Shown here in pieces: positions 39,546 to 49,625 of a DNA stretch of 64,000 nt. The DNA lies in NCBI GenBank assembly GCA_965205015.1, contig OZ242029.1, positions 1,184,001-1,248,000 of the forward strand. The letters run 5' to 3'. Below the pieces are notes generated by a model. That model saw only the letters and a program-made list of their open reading frames with translations, was not told where the DNA came from and made no database searches. The translations under genes were made by a program, and so were the position numbers. Position 1 is the stretch's first letter, and each line of letters starts with the position of its first letter. Origin of the DNA: Candidatus Poribacteria bacterium (GTDB lineage: Bacteria > Poribacteria > WGA-4E > WGA-3G).

Positions 39546-42500
39546 TTAGCGCATCGACATCTGTCCTTGGGTCTCTAATTTCCGGCGTAGGACAACACCC
39601 CACTGCCCAACAACCCATAACGCCTTACCGTCCTTGGAACGGGTGATGACATAGAGATTGTTGTCGATATCGGTGTGCTCCTGCTCCCATGTCTCGCCAC
39701 CATCGGTCGAACGGATAATGATCCCCTCTTCGCCGACTGCATAGACTTCCTTTTCAGAAAGGGCAATGATACCGTGAAGCGTTTTGTGAACACCGGTCGA
39801 TTTCGGCGCCCAATTAAAACCGCCATCCGTCGTCTTCAGGACGATCCCCGCTTCACCCGCCGCCCATCCTGTCCGCTTCGCAGCAAATGAAACCGCATTG
39901 AGATCGTAATTAATCTTTGTTTCGTGCAGCCGCCAATACTCACCCCCGTTGATGGTGCGTTGGGTCACCCCACTTCGCCCGACAGCCCAACCGAGGGGTG
40001 CGAATTTCATATCCACATCCATGAGTGTGTCGTTTGCAGTGGTGCGTTGAGGTGTCCACGTGGGACCGCCATCCTTGTTATGGATGATGTATCCGAGTCT
40101 ACCGACAGCCCAGCCCTCAGAAAACTTGCCGAAATCAACATCGTTCAGCGAGAACGTCCCAGGCGAGTCGCCCTCCATGAAAGGCGGTTGCTCAGGCGTA
40201 TCCCCTGCCGTCCACGCTGCGCCATCTGTTGTATAGAGGACCGTTCCATCGCGCTGCATCGCCCACCCCCATTTTTCAGGTTCGAGACTCGCAAAGTGTA
40301 CACCGATGAGACGTTGACGCGTCCGACTTCGGAGGGTCTCCCAGGTCTGTCCACCATCTTGGGTTTCCAACAGCACGCCCCCGTCCCCTGCGATCCAACC
40401 GTTTTTCTCATCGTAGAAGAGGACCTCTCGGAAGTCATTGCGCTGCTGTTCACCGAGTTGACGTTCCCATGTTTCTCCACCGTCTGCGGTATGGTAGATA
40501 CTGCCGCCACTGCCAACCGCCCAAGCGTGTTCTGCATTCAAGAAGTATACGTTGGCGATGCGGCGGGCCCCGCGTCCACGGCGTCCTCGCGGCTCTGGTG
40601 GCGGTGGGGGGGGTTGCTGCTGCCGCTGCACTGTGGGTGGTGTCGCCTGTTCAGCGTTAGGCGGAAGTTCACCTTCAGGTGCGAAACGTCCTGGACGTTG
40701 CCACTGCGCCCGAAGCCGATTTTGGATTTCCTCCGGGGTCTCGTCGTAAGTTAACGTCGGTCCCTCTGCGCCCTCTGCCTCCGCTTCTTCTGTTTCCTCT
40801 ATCTCTATCTCGGATTCTCCGAGTAAAAACGGGTTGAATTCTTCGTTGGATGCTTCCATAGCGAACATATTATCGTCTGCATCCTCGCCTGTATCAACAG
40901 ACACAAGTTTCCAATTGACCCCTTGGTCTTCGGTGATATACACGCCACCTCCACCGAGTCCCCAAGCGTTGGTATGTGAGTGGAAGGTGATGCTTCGCAG
41001 GTTTCCGCGTGTGCTTCGGGTCGTGGTCTGCAATCTCCATGTTTCACCACCGTCCCCGGTCAACAAAGCGTTACCGTTGCCGAGAACGACCCACCCTCGG
41101 TTTTCGTCAGCAAAGTGGACTGCAACCCCTGCTTGATTTGTCTTCGCTTGTATTTTCCAGTAGTCGCCACCATCAACGGTATGGAGAATAAACCCGCCAT
41201 CTCGACGTTGCGGTGTGACTGCCCACCCTACCTGACTGTTGATAAAGTGTATATCGGTAATGTTTGCGAGTGTGGTTCCAGTCTTCTGGATTTTCCATGT
41301 TTTGCCGCCATCCGTGGTATGCACGAATTGCCCAATCGTTGCGCCGAGCCATCCCACTTCGGCATTCAGGAAATGCATTGTGCTAACGCGGGGTAGGTTC
41401 TGCTGGGTTGCCTGAAGAATCGGCTTCCACGTTTCACCCCCATTTTCGGTCTGAAGTAAGATACCAGCACCAAGGATTCGCCCGTGTTTTTCGTCAGAAA
41501 ATTCGACCTGGCGCAGATCTTCACTGACACCACTGTGTTGTGGCAGCCATGTCTTGCCGCCGTCTGTGGTATGTGCAATTGCGCCGCCAGAACCGACCGC
41601 CCATCCCTTCTGTGCATCCACAAAATACGTATCGGCAAAGTTCGTTCGCCAAGTTGCCTGACGCATAATGTCCCAATGATAGTCAACGGGTTCAACAGGG
41701 ATTTCCGCTTCAGCCGTAATAATCTCCGGTTCTTCGGCGACCGGCGGTAATTTTGCTGGCAATTCTGCCTCTTCAATAGAGTAGCGCATCGCAATTCCAC
41801 CCTTACCGACAGCAACAACGCCGTCGGGTGAGAGTGCCAGTCCGTAGAGGTCGTTATCGGTGCCACTTTCTTGAACTTCCCACTTTTTGCCACCGTTGAC
41901 GGTGGTGAGCATCACCCCATCATCACCGACGATCAACCCGTGTTGTGTACCCGCAAAATAGAGTTTATTTAGGTTCGCTTGCGTGCCGCTGCGTTGGAAA
42001 TTCCAACGCTCTCCGCCGTTTGTCGTGTGTAGGATTTCGCCAAACTGTCCGACAATCCAGCCAGTGTTTTCATCTGCGAAGTAAACGGCATACAGTTCAT
42101 TGAAGGTGCCGGTCGTTTGCTGGTTCCAGGTCAACCCCCCATCTTCCGTCGTGAGGCAAACCCCGGGCCATCCGATAGCCCACCCTTTCTTTTCATCGAG
42201 AAAAAATACACCCTTTAGCATCAGCGAGAGAAAATCGCCCGTGGCAGTTTGGGACAGCCACGTTTTGCCACCATCAATTGTGTGTATGATACTACCGAGG
42301 TCCCCGACAGCCCAACCGACTTGGGGACCAATGAAGTGGACAGAACGGAGTGTAAAGGCGGAAGGCCCGCGCTGGCGTTCCCAGTTTGTGCCGCCATCGT
42401 TTGTATGAACGATGAGTCCACGCTCACCGACAGCCCAGCCGTGTTTGTCAGTCGCGAAATAGATGTTCCAGATGCCGTCCCAGATATCAGTCTCAATTTC

Positions 42501-43685
42501 GTTCCAGGTCTGACCGCCATCCTCACTCATTGCCATAGTCCCGCGTCTACCGACTGCAATGGCGCGATTTGCATTCGTAAATTGGACGTTCTGCAAGTCA
42601 TTCGCAGTCGTTCCACTGGTCATCTGCCATGTCGCGCCGGCATCCATCGTGTGCAAAATAGTGCCGTACCACCCAATTGCCCATGCCTCTGTAGGTGTCG
42701 TAAACTGGATTCCTGTTAAATTATTTTCCGTTCCACTTTCCATCAACTGCCAGTTGTCGCCCCCGTCTTCGGTCCGCGTAATAAAACCGACATCTGCTAC
42801 GGCGACCCCGTAATTTTCATCTGTGAAATGGATACTGTTGATGGTATCCCGGACGTGTCCATTAATGAGTGGGATACGACTGTCTTGACGCTCCCAATTG
42901 ATACCGGCGTTCGTTGTGTGGAAAATAGAGCCGTCACTGCCGACAATCCAACCTTCATTATCGCTGACGAAGAAGACCTGTTTATTGTCATTGATCATCC
43001 GGTCGCGTTCCCCCGCAAAGCGATTGCTCTGCTCTCGCCACGATTCGCCGCCGGTCTTGGTATGAAGAATTCTATCGTGAGTTCCGACAACCCATCCCGT
43101 TGAATCGTTGACGAACCAGACGCCATTGAGCATAAACTCGCTGACGTACTCGTACCGTTTCCACTCTTTCCCGCCGTTCTTGGTGTAGAGGACATCCGAA
43201 TCTTCTCCAACAATCCATCCCTCTTTTGAATTGGCGAAAAAGACATCAAGGAGCATCGCGGAGGTGCCACTCCGTTGCAAGGTCCAGTGTCTACCACCGT
43301 CGTCGGTTGACGCAACCAACCCTTCATCACCGACTGCCCACCCATAGTCTGCGTTCGTAAAGTAAACGGCTTTGAAGTCTAAGGAGGCATCAGGAATACG
43401 AAAGCCTGGGCTTGTTGTATCGACCTCCTGTTGCTTCCACGTCTTTCCACCGTCTGCGGTATGGATAATTAACCCTTTCTCCCCGACAATCCATCCTTGT
43501 TTATGATTGACGAAGTAGAGATCGGTGAAGTGTGTCTCCCAATCCGCCTTTCGGGTCGCTTCCATCTTGACACAACCGTTAAAAAGGAACAAGATGCCAA
43601 ACAAAAGTGGCAGGATAAGGCTATTAACAGCGAGTTTTAATTGATACAACACGCCAAAACGGGTCAGACTCCGTATCAAACTCAT
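39546..43685 (-). CDS. YCF48-like BNR/Asp-box multi-beta-propeller lipoprotein
   Basis: More than 25 GWxVG..ILHTxDGGxTW repeats, FNGC lipobox, acidic/Pro-rich insert. Confidence 0.9.
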   Translation of the reverse strand: MSLIRSLTRFGVLYQLKLAVNSLILPLLFGILFLFNGCVKMEATRKADWETHFTDLYFVNHKQGWIVGEKGLIIHTADGGKTWKQQEVDTTSPGFRIPDASLDFKAVYFTNADYGWAVGDEGLVASTDDGGRHWTLQRSGTSAMLLDVFFANSKEGWIVGEDSDVLYTKNGGKEWKRYEYVSEFMLNGVWFVNDSTGWVVGTHDRILHTKTGGESWREQSNRFAGERDRMINDNKQVFFVSDNEGWIVGSDGSIFHTTNAGINWERQDSRIPLINGHVRDTINSIHFTDENYGVAVADVGFITRTEDGGDNWQLMESGTENNLTGIQFTTPTEAWAIGWYGTILHTMDAGATWQMTSGTTANDLQNVQFTNANRAIAVGRRGTMAMSEDGGQTWNEIETDIWDGIWNIYFATDKHGWAVGERGLIVHTNDGGTNWERQRGPSAFTLRSVHFIGPQVGWAVGDLGSIIHTIDGGKTWLSQTATGDFLSLMLKGVFFLDEKKGWAIGWPGVCLTTEDGGLTWNQQTTGTFNELYAVYFADENTGWIVGQFGEILHTTNGGERWNFQRSGTQANLNKLYFAGTQHGLIVGDDGVMLTTVNGGKKWEVQESGTDNDLYGLALSPDGVVAVGKGGIAMRYSIEEAELPAKLPPVAEEPEIITAEAEIPVEPVDYHWDIMRQATWRTNFADTYFVDAQKGWAVGSGGAIAHTTDGGKTWLPQHSGVSEDLRQVEFSDEKHGRILGAGILLQTENGGETWKPILQATQQNLPRVSTMHFLNAEVGWLGATIGQFVHTTDGGKTWKIQKTGTTLANITDIHFINSQVGWAVTPQRRDGGFILHTVDGGDYWKIQAKTNQAGVAVHFADENRGWVVLGNGNALLTGDGGETWRLQTTTRSTRGNLRSITFHSHTNAWGLGGGGVYITEDQGVNWKLVSVDTGEDADDNMFAMEASNEEFNPFLLGESEIEIEETEEAEAEGAEGPTLTYDETPEEIQNRLRAQWQRPGRFAPEGELPPNAEQATPPTVQRQQQPPPPPPEPRGRRGRGARRIANVYFLNAEHAWAVGSGGSIYHTADGGETWERQLGEQQRNDFREVLFYDEKNGWIAGDGGVLLETQDGGQTWETLRSRTRQRLIGVHFASLEPEKWGWAMQRDGTVLYTTDGAAWTAGDTPEQPPFMEGDSPGTFSLNDVDFGKFSEGWAVGRLGYIIHNKDGGPTWTPQRTTANDTLMDVDMKFAPLGWAVGRSGVTQRTINGGEYWRLHETKINYDLNAVSFAAKRTGWAAGEAGIVLKTTDGGFNWAPKSTGVHKTLHGIIALSEKEVYAVGEEGIIIRSTDGGETWEQEHTDIDNNLYVITRSKDGKALWVVGQWGVVLRRKLETQGQMSMR

Positions 43686-43944
43686 TTTTACCTCCGATCA
43701 TTTGTTCTTGTGGGCAAGCCGAGGGAATAACTTGAATTTCTTCAGATATTTAGACAGACTTCTCCACGCTTTTGTTCACGTTTTAATTAAGCAAGTTTCA
43801 ATATTAAACTTCAAGTTTTGAATCCACAAGTGGGTTAGAAGATTGGAAGCATGGAAGGTTGGAAGATAGCGGACACAGTGTTCCTTCCAGTCTTCCTGTT
43901 CTTCTATCCTTCCTCAAAACCTGAAATTTGTTTCTTAATATTGC

Positions 43945-44847
43945 TTAATAACCACTGTCACCACCAAAAAGACCGGAGCGCGCGATCGCAATACCGATTG
44001 CGATAACAACGGGTAACGCAATCGCTGCTATCTGGACAAGTGTAGAACGCCGTGTCCCGAGCTCCTGAACTCCTTTTATGCGTTTGACATGTACAAAGCA
44101 CAGTGAAATTAACAACAGAATCACACTCACCGTCGGTACTTCTGCAAAAAAGTAACCGTTCATCCAGATACCGATAAGTAGAAGCGTCAGAATCGGCGAG
44201 GTACTGCCCGGAAAAACGAACCACTTCCTGTCTCGCTGTAGAACGAGCGTAATTATCCAACTTGCGACAAAAAGTGCCACTAAAATCCCCGCGTGCTGTG
44301 CTAACCGCAAACTGCCTGAAAGTGCCAGAATCAAGGCGGTCCCTCCAGAGAGTCCACAATAAACGAACGGACCAGGCGCACCAGCGGGTAAGGCACTAAA
44401 ACTGCCTTCTACGATATGCCAAAACATGAAGATGACAACAGCAAGACCCACCCACCAGATAATTCCCTCAATGGGTCCCCATGTGTACTTGAATGTTGAC
44501 GTTAGCAGCAGACGCGGTATAATTATAGAAATTGCTATCTGTGCTATCGGTCCCCACACCGCCAAATGCCAAAAACTCGCAACGATCAACCCGATAATAG
44601 CGAGATAACAGAGCCACTGTGTTCCCAGACGGGGCGGGAATACGGGCAACCCTTCTAAACCGAGATAGCCAATTATATAGCCAACCCCCAAGGCGGCAGC
44701 GATGAGCCACCCCGCAAATCCATCTTGCTCTTTCTCATTTCCAGCAGTTGCGTATTTTTTGGGAGCAAACGATCTCGCGAATATAAGAATCGCACTACCG
44801 ACGACGGTGGGTAGGAGTAAACCGAGAACAAGCTGCTTCATTAGCAT
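43945..44847 (-). CDS. Multi-pass membrane protein, unknown function
   Basis: About 10 hydrophobic segments; GGAG RBS. Confidence 0.75.
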   Translation of the reverse strand: MLMKQLVLGLLLPTVVGSAILIFARSFAPKKYATAGNEKEQDGFAGWLIAAALGVGYIIGYLGLEGLPVFPPRLGTQWLCYLAIIGLIVASFWHLAVWGPIAQIAISIIIPRLLLTSTFKYTWGPIEGIIWWVGLAVVIFMFWHIVEGSFSALPAGAPGPFVYCGLSGGTALILALSGSLRLAQHAGILVALFVASWIITLVLQRDRKWFVFPGSTSPILTLLLIGIWMNGYFFAEVPTVSVILLLISLCFVHVKRIKGVQELGTRRSTLVQIAAIALPVVIAIGIAIARSGLFGGDSGY

Positions 44848-44873
44848 CGCGGATCTCCCTCCATCGGATATAT

Positions 44874-45491
44874 CTACTTCTGCTTGGCTTCAATCGTGAC
44901 GATAAGACGGACGTCGTCGCTGACAGCGCCGACACCGTAGGTCATGCCGAAATCGCTCCGCTTAATCGTGAAGACGGTTTCAAACCCGATCATAGATTCA
45001 CCGCGCTCGCCTGTCCCTTTACCGGTAATCGCGACATCCACGGTGATAGATTTCTTAACCCCGAGGAGCTCAAGATCCCCTGTGACTTCCAACACATCTT
45101 CTTTCCCTTCCTTCATATCCACTTGTGTGCTCTGGAAGGTTATCACAGGAAACTGCTTCGCGCTGAAGAAGTCTGGACTTCTGAGGTGCTGATCGCGCTT
45201 GTTGTTAGCAGTATCAATGCTCGCTGCTTTTACTTCAAATTGTACCGTGCTTTTGGACACATCGGTTTCGTCAATCATGAGATTGCCACCGAACTCATTG
45301 AATCTGCCGTAGTTGTAGCTAATACCCTTGTGTTTTGCACGAAAAATTATCATTGAATGCGAGGTATCAATTTCGTATGTAACGGCTGCCTCGGCGAAGG
45401 GTCCATTTCCAACGAAGCCGATGATGAGTAAGGCTAAAACAAGACCAGCAGTATAGGGAATTCGTTGGGTGCGTCCTAAGTAGGTTTTCAT
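44874..45491 (-). CDS. YceI family protein
   Basis: YEIDTSHS, SIDTANNKRDQHLRSPDFF, IKRSDFGM; AAGGAG RBS; promoter TTGACA-17-TATACT at 45665-45693. Confidence 0.92.
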   Translation of the reverse strand: MKTYLGRTQRIPYTAGLVLALLIIGFVGNGPFAEAAVTYEIDTSHSMIIFRAKHKGISYNYGRFNEFGGNLMIDETDVSKSTVQFEVKAASIDTANNKRDQHLRSPDFFSAKQFPVITFQSTQVDMKEGKEDVLEVTGDLELLGVKKSITVDVAITGKGTGERGESMIGFETVFTIKRSDFGMTYGVGAVSDDVRLIVTIEAKQK

Positions 45492-45514
45492 CGTGAAAAA
45501 TCTCCTTAATCTAT

Positions 45515-45603
45515 AGGACTTACGCAATTTTCATGAAGTGCCTCATATTGCGCCATTGACGAGGTGAGGAAACCTCGCCAGCAGGGCGGACTGCGTAGGT
45601 CCT
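45515..45603. mobile_element. 89-bp AGGACTTACGCA-TIR element
   Basis: TIR 11/12 match, internal REP hairpin. Confidence 0.65.
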
Positions 45604-45762
45604 GATCTATTTGATTTGATAGTTCAATTTTGTAAGTATCTTTTGCCTTGTATTCGGCAAAAGAAGTATACCGTATTTTCTGACAGATGTCAACATGAAA
45701 TGTTCGGCACAAAATTTTCTTGAATTTCATTACAAAATTGTGATATAATTATTAAATTATAC

Positions 45763-45983
45763 AGAACTTGCGCAGCATCCTGTGCTGGCGAGGTTTATGA
45801 GGATTAACAATTTAATTCGGTAATGCGTGGGCAGGTAATGCGTGGGCAGGCACAAGACCCGGGGAAACACCCAAGCAAAAACCCCCTACAGTCGTTTTTT
45901 GGGATAGAATTACCGAAATATTTTCTTAAACCGCGCCAGCGGCGTGTGGGCCGTAGGTCTTCCATAGAAATTGCGTAAGTCCT
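45763..45983. mobile_element. Nested MITE/REP composite
   Basis: Outer AGAACTTGCGCA/TGCGTAAGTCCT ends, REP split by an inner TTCGGTAAT/ATTACCGAA element that carries another REP. Confidence 0.7.
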
Positions 45984-46064
45984 ATTATCAAAGTTATGTC
46001 AACTGCGACATCTTGGGGGCAACTTACCGAAATCGTGTAATGAGAGGGAGGGTTTTCAACAAAA

Positions 46065-47663
46065 ATGAAAGTATCGCTATCAAAGTTTAAGATTTACTTA
46101 GGCGTGTATCTGTTCTGTTTTGTAGCGTTAAGCCCGCATGTAACGGCAGACCAGCACGCTACAGATTCAAAAATTAGTTTTCATTCCCAGATTGTCCCGC
46201 TCCTCAAACGGAGTTGCCAAGGATGCCATCATCCTGGGGATCCAAATGGCGATCTGATTGTGACAACCTACGCAGCACTCAAACAAGGTGGAATGGCGGG
46301 GGATGCCATTGTCCCTGGAAAACCGGATGAAAGTCTCCTCATTGAACTTATCTCCGGCGATGAACCCGCAATGCCACAAAACATGGAACCCCTCTCCGCT
46401 GAAGAGGTCGAACTGTTCCGACGCTGGATTCTCGAAGGTGCACACGACGACACACCCGCTGAAGTCGACGATATGGGCGACGGAAACTATCCGACCTACA
46501 CAGTGCCTCCCGTGGTCACGGCACTGGCATACTCGCCGGATGGTAGCACCCTCGCGGTGTCGGGATTCCGCGAAATTTTGTTGTATGACACAACGAACTT
46601 TGAACGCAAAGGGCGCTTGGTCGGTAAAGCACATCGCATAGAATCGCTGACGTATACGGCAGATGGAAAGATTTTAGGCATGGCAGGTGGCTCCCCTGCC
46701 CAATTCGGCGAAGTGCAGCTATGGGATACCGCAACGAACACACTCATCAAAGCGATGCGTTCCAGCTATGACACCGTGTACGGACTCTCGTTCTCACCAG
46801 ATGCAAGCCGGGTCGCCTTCGGATGTTCAGACCAGACGGTCCGCGTCCTGTCCGTTGAAGACGAGAAAGAACTGATTAAATTCGACAACCACAGCGACTG
46901 GGTCTTCGGTACGATTTTCTCTACCGATGGTTCCCACTTCGTGAGTTGCGGGCGCGATACTGCCCTCAAATTGGTTGAGGTAGATACAGGCTCTTTCGTT
47001 GACGACATCAATTCCAGCAACAAGGGGTATGGAGAAATTAACACGCTCGCGCGGCACCCGACGAAAGATCAGGTTTTGAGTGCTGGTGAAGATCGAATCC
47101 CGCGGCTCTACAAAATCTTTCGCGAAATACGCAGAGATGTCGGGAATACGGATTTCAATCTCATCCAAGCGTATGAAGCACAGTCGGGTACAATTGAAGG
47201 CGTCGCGTTCTCAGCAGACGGTAGCCGGTTCGCGACTGGCAGCGCAGGCGGTGAAGCCCGTATCTACAACGTGGAAGACGGAAAACGTTTAGCAAGCATG
47301 CAAGGCGATGCAGTGGGTGTTTTCGCAGTTTCGTTCCATCCAGATGGCACGCAGCTCGCTACAGGCGGTTTTGATGGAAAGATTCGGATATTTGATACCG
47401 CTACCGGCAAACTACTGGATGCCTTTATGTCTGTCCCGATTGAACCCGCCGGAAGCGAGGATGTCGCTTTAGTCGTGACAGGCATGACGTGAGGGGCGTG
47501 CGTTGCCAAAGTGCAGGATGCACTTACACAGCACCAAAATGTTATTAGTGTTGAAGTTTCCCTCCCCGATCAAGCCATTATTAAAGTTAGGAAGAACACC
47601 ACCACCGCGGACGCTCTTGCAGACATCGTGAAAGCGACAGGATTTAGTGCGAAGGTTAAATAA
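46065..47663 (+). CDS. Planctomycete-type cytochrome c + WD40 + HMA domain selenoprotein (UGA at 47490-47492)
   Basis: Signal peptide, CQGCH, WD40 repeats; frame continues through TGA as VTGMT-U-GACVAKVQDAL...ATGFSAKVK, a complete HMA domain; hairpin downstream. Confidence 0.85.
47509..47525 (+). promoter_or_regulatory. Putative bacterial SECIS hairpin
   Basis: AAGTGC-AGGAT-GCACTT, 16 nt after UGA; same core as 57804-57819. Confidence 0.65.
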
Positions 47664-47689
47664 GGCGCGAAGGATACTGGGGGTTTCCT

Positions 47690-48034
47690 ATGACAATACA
47701 GGAACTACAAGAGATTATGTCTCAGCGGTTTGAAGCACAGGATAAGATGATCGTGCAGCGGTTTGAAGCACAGGATAAGATGATCGCGCAGCGGTTCGAG
47801 GGAATAGATCAGCGGTTTGAGGCGATAGATCAGCGATTTGGGGCATTAGAGAAACGCCAGGACCGCATTGAAACGCGTATGGATCGTATGGAAGGCAAAC
47901 TCGATAAAGTCGTGGAACTTGTCGCTATGTTACACGGGGAACGGGCATTTGCAGGCCGCTTTTGGAAGCATGCGGCGTGGATCACGCCAACCGTTATCGC
48001 CCTTGCTGCGCTCATCAAGAGTTTCTTTCTCTAG
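47690..48034 (+). CDS. Small coiled-coil protein with QRFEAxD repeats and C-terminal TM
   Basis: 33-bp and 21-bp repeats, hydrophobic C-terminus. Confidence 0.78.
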   Translation: MTIQELQEIMSQRFEAQDKMIVQRFEAQDKMIAQRFEGIDQRFEAIDQRFGALEKRQDRIETRMDRMEGKLDKVVELVAMLHGERAFAGRFWKHAAWITPTVIALAALIKSFFL

Positions 48035-48052
48035 ACATATAGAGGCTGACGT

Positions 48053-49504
48053 ATGGCTCTCAAGGCACCCAATATCCTCTGGGTTTGCACGGATCAACAG
48101 CGTTACGACACAATCGGCGCATTAGGGAATCCGTATGTGTCCACACCGAACATCGATAATTTAGTGGCGGAAGGGGTGGCGTTCACGCACGCCTATTGTC
48201 AAAGCCCTATCTGTACCCCGAGCCGAGCGAGCTTTCTCACGGGGATGTATCCAAACGCAACACACGCGATCCGCAACGGAAACGATTTTTTTCCAGATGC
48301 GTATCCGCTTGTAACGCGCACCCTCGCAGATATCGGTTATGATTGCGGGCTGATTGGCAAACTTCACCTTGCGAGTGCATACGGTCGGGTGGAACCCCGC
48401 GTAAACGACGGCTACCGTTATTGGCAATACAGCCATGCGCCACGCGACGACTGGGAACAGGGACACGACTACGCCGATTGGGTCCGCACGCAGGGATACA
48501 TTTTAGGCGAGTTGAACCAGAACCCGGAAGGTGTACCAGCGGAGTTGCATCAGACGACCTGGTGTGCGGAAAAGACGATTGCGTTTATTCGCGAAGACCG
48601 GGAGGATTCCCCGTGGCTCGCGAGTGTTAATATCTACGACCCACATCCGCCGTTCAATCCACCACAGACACACCGAGACCAATATAATCCGGCGGAAATG
48701 CCAGAGCCGATTTTCCGAAACAGTGATCTGGAACAGCAGACCCGGCTACAAGCCGTCGATTTTCAATCCAAAGTCCGTACACCTGATGAACTGGACATTC
48801 GGAGTCCAATCTTACCGCAGACCCCGCGTCAAGAAGCAGAGGCAGTCGGGGCGAGAGATGCCAAAACACTCATAGCTGCCTATTACGCCATGATCCAACT
48901 GATTGACGAGCAGTTCGGTAGGATCCTTGAAGCACTTGACGAAACAGGGCAACGGGAAAACACCGTCATCATCTTCACGAGTGACCATGGAGAGACACTC
49001 GGCGACCATGGACTCATCCAAAAGGGGTGTAGATTCTACGAAGGTTTGGTCAGGGTGCCTCTGATTTTTTCATGGCAGGGACAATTTGCGAGTGGACTCA
49101 AGAGTGACGCACTCGTTGAACTCGTTGACAAAGCCCCGACGCTCTTGGAATTGGCGGGTTTAGCAGTCCCGGAGGAGATGCACGGCAGATCACTTCTGCC
49201 GATCCTTCGAGGTGAAGCGGATCCGAACCATCACCGCGATTTCGTCCGATGTGAGTACTACGACGCTGTGGACCTGCCGGATCACACTTTCGCAACAATG
49301 TATCGAAATGAACGTTACAAATTAGTAGTGTATCACGGGCACGAAGCGGGTGAACTCTACGATTTAATTGAGGATCCGGACGAATTTGAGAATCTCTGGC
49401 ATGTCGGTGCGAAACAAGGGGTCAAATTTGAACTTCTAAAACAGAGTTTTGATGCCTCCATGCTCGCCATGGACAAAGGCTCCCGGCGCGTCGGACCGAT
49501 GTGA
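48053..49504 (+). CDS. Sulfatase
   Basis: PNILWVCTDQQR, CTPSRASFLTG, GKLHL, FTSDHG, ELYDLIEDP. Confidence 0.93.
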   Translation: MALKAPNILWVCTDQQRYDTIGALGNPYVSTPNIDNLVAEGVAFTHAYCQSPICTPSRASFLTGMYPNATHAIRNGNDFFPDAYPLVTRTLADIGYDCGLIGKLHLASAYGRVEPRVNDGYRYWQYSHAPRDDWEQGHDYADWVRTQGYILGELNQNPEGVPAELHQTTWCAEKTIAFIREDREDSPWLASVNIYDPHPPFNPPQTHRDQYNPAEMPEPIFRNSDLEQQTRLQAVDFQSKVRTPDELDIRSPILPQTPRQEAEAVGARDAKTLIAAYYAMIQLIDEQFGRILEALDETGQRENTVIIFTSDHGETLGDHGLIQKGCRFYEGLVRVPLIFSWQGQFASGLKSDALVELVDKAPTLLELAGLAVPEEMHGRSLLPILRGEADPNHHRDFVRCEYYDAVDLPDHTFATMYRNERYKLVVYHGHEAGELYDLIEDPDEFENLWHVGAKQGVKFELLKQSFDASMLAMDKGSRRVGPM

Positions 49505-49513
49505 GGAATTGTG

Positions 49514-49606
49514 ATGGAATGGGTTGCAATTTCCGCGTTTGCAGTGTTTATCATTGGACTCGGGATAGTCGGTGGAAAGGCGATACACCACGCCTACAAA
49601 GATTAA
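49514..49606 (+). CDS. 30-aa single-TM small protein
   Basis: GAGG RBS; MEWVAISAFAVFIIGLGIVGGKAIHHAYKD fills the gap between sulfatase and methylase. Confidence 0.55.
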   Translation: MEWVAISAFAVFIIGLGIVGGKAIHHAYKD

Positions 49607-49625
49607 ACTTTGATAAAACGAAATT

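Noticed and set aside
43381-43416. Possible repeat-derived 12-aa insert (SPGFRIPDAS) in the YCF48-like protein
   Set aside because: No second copy found in the window, so unsupported
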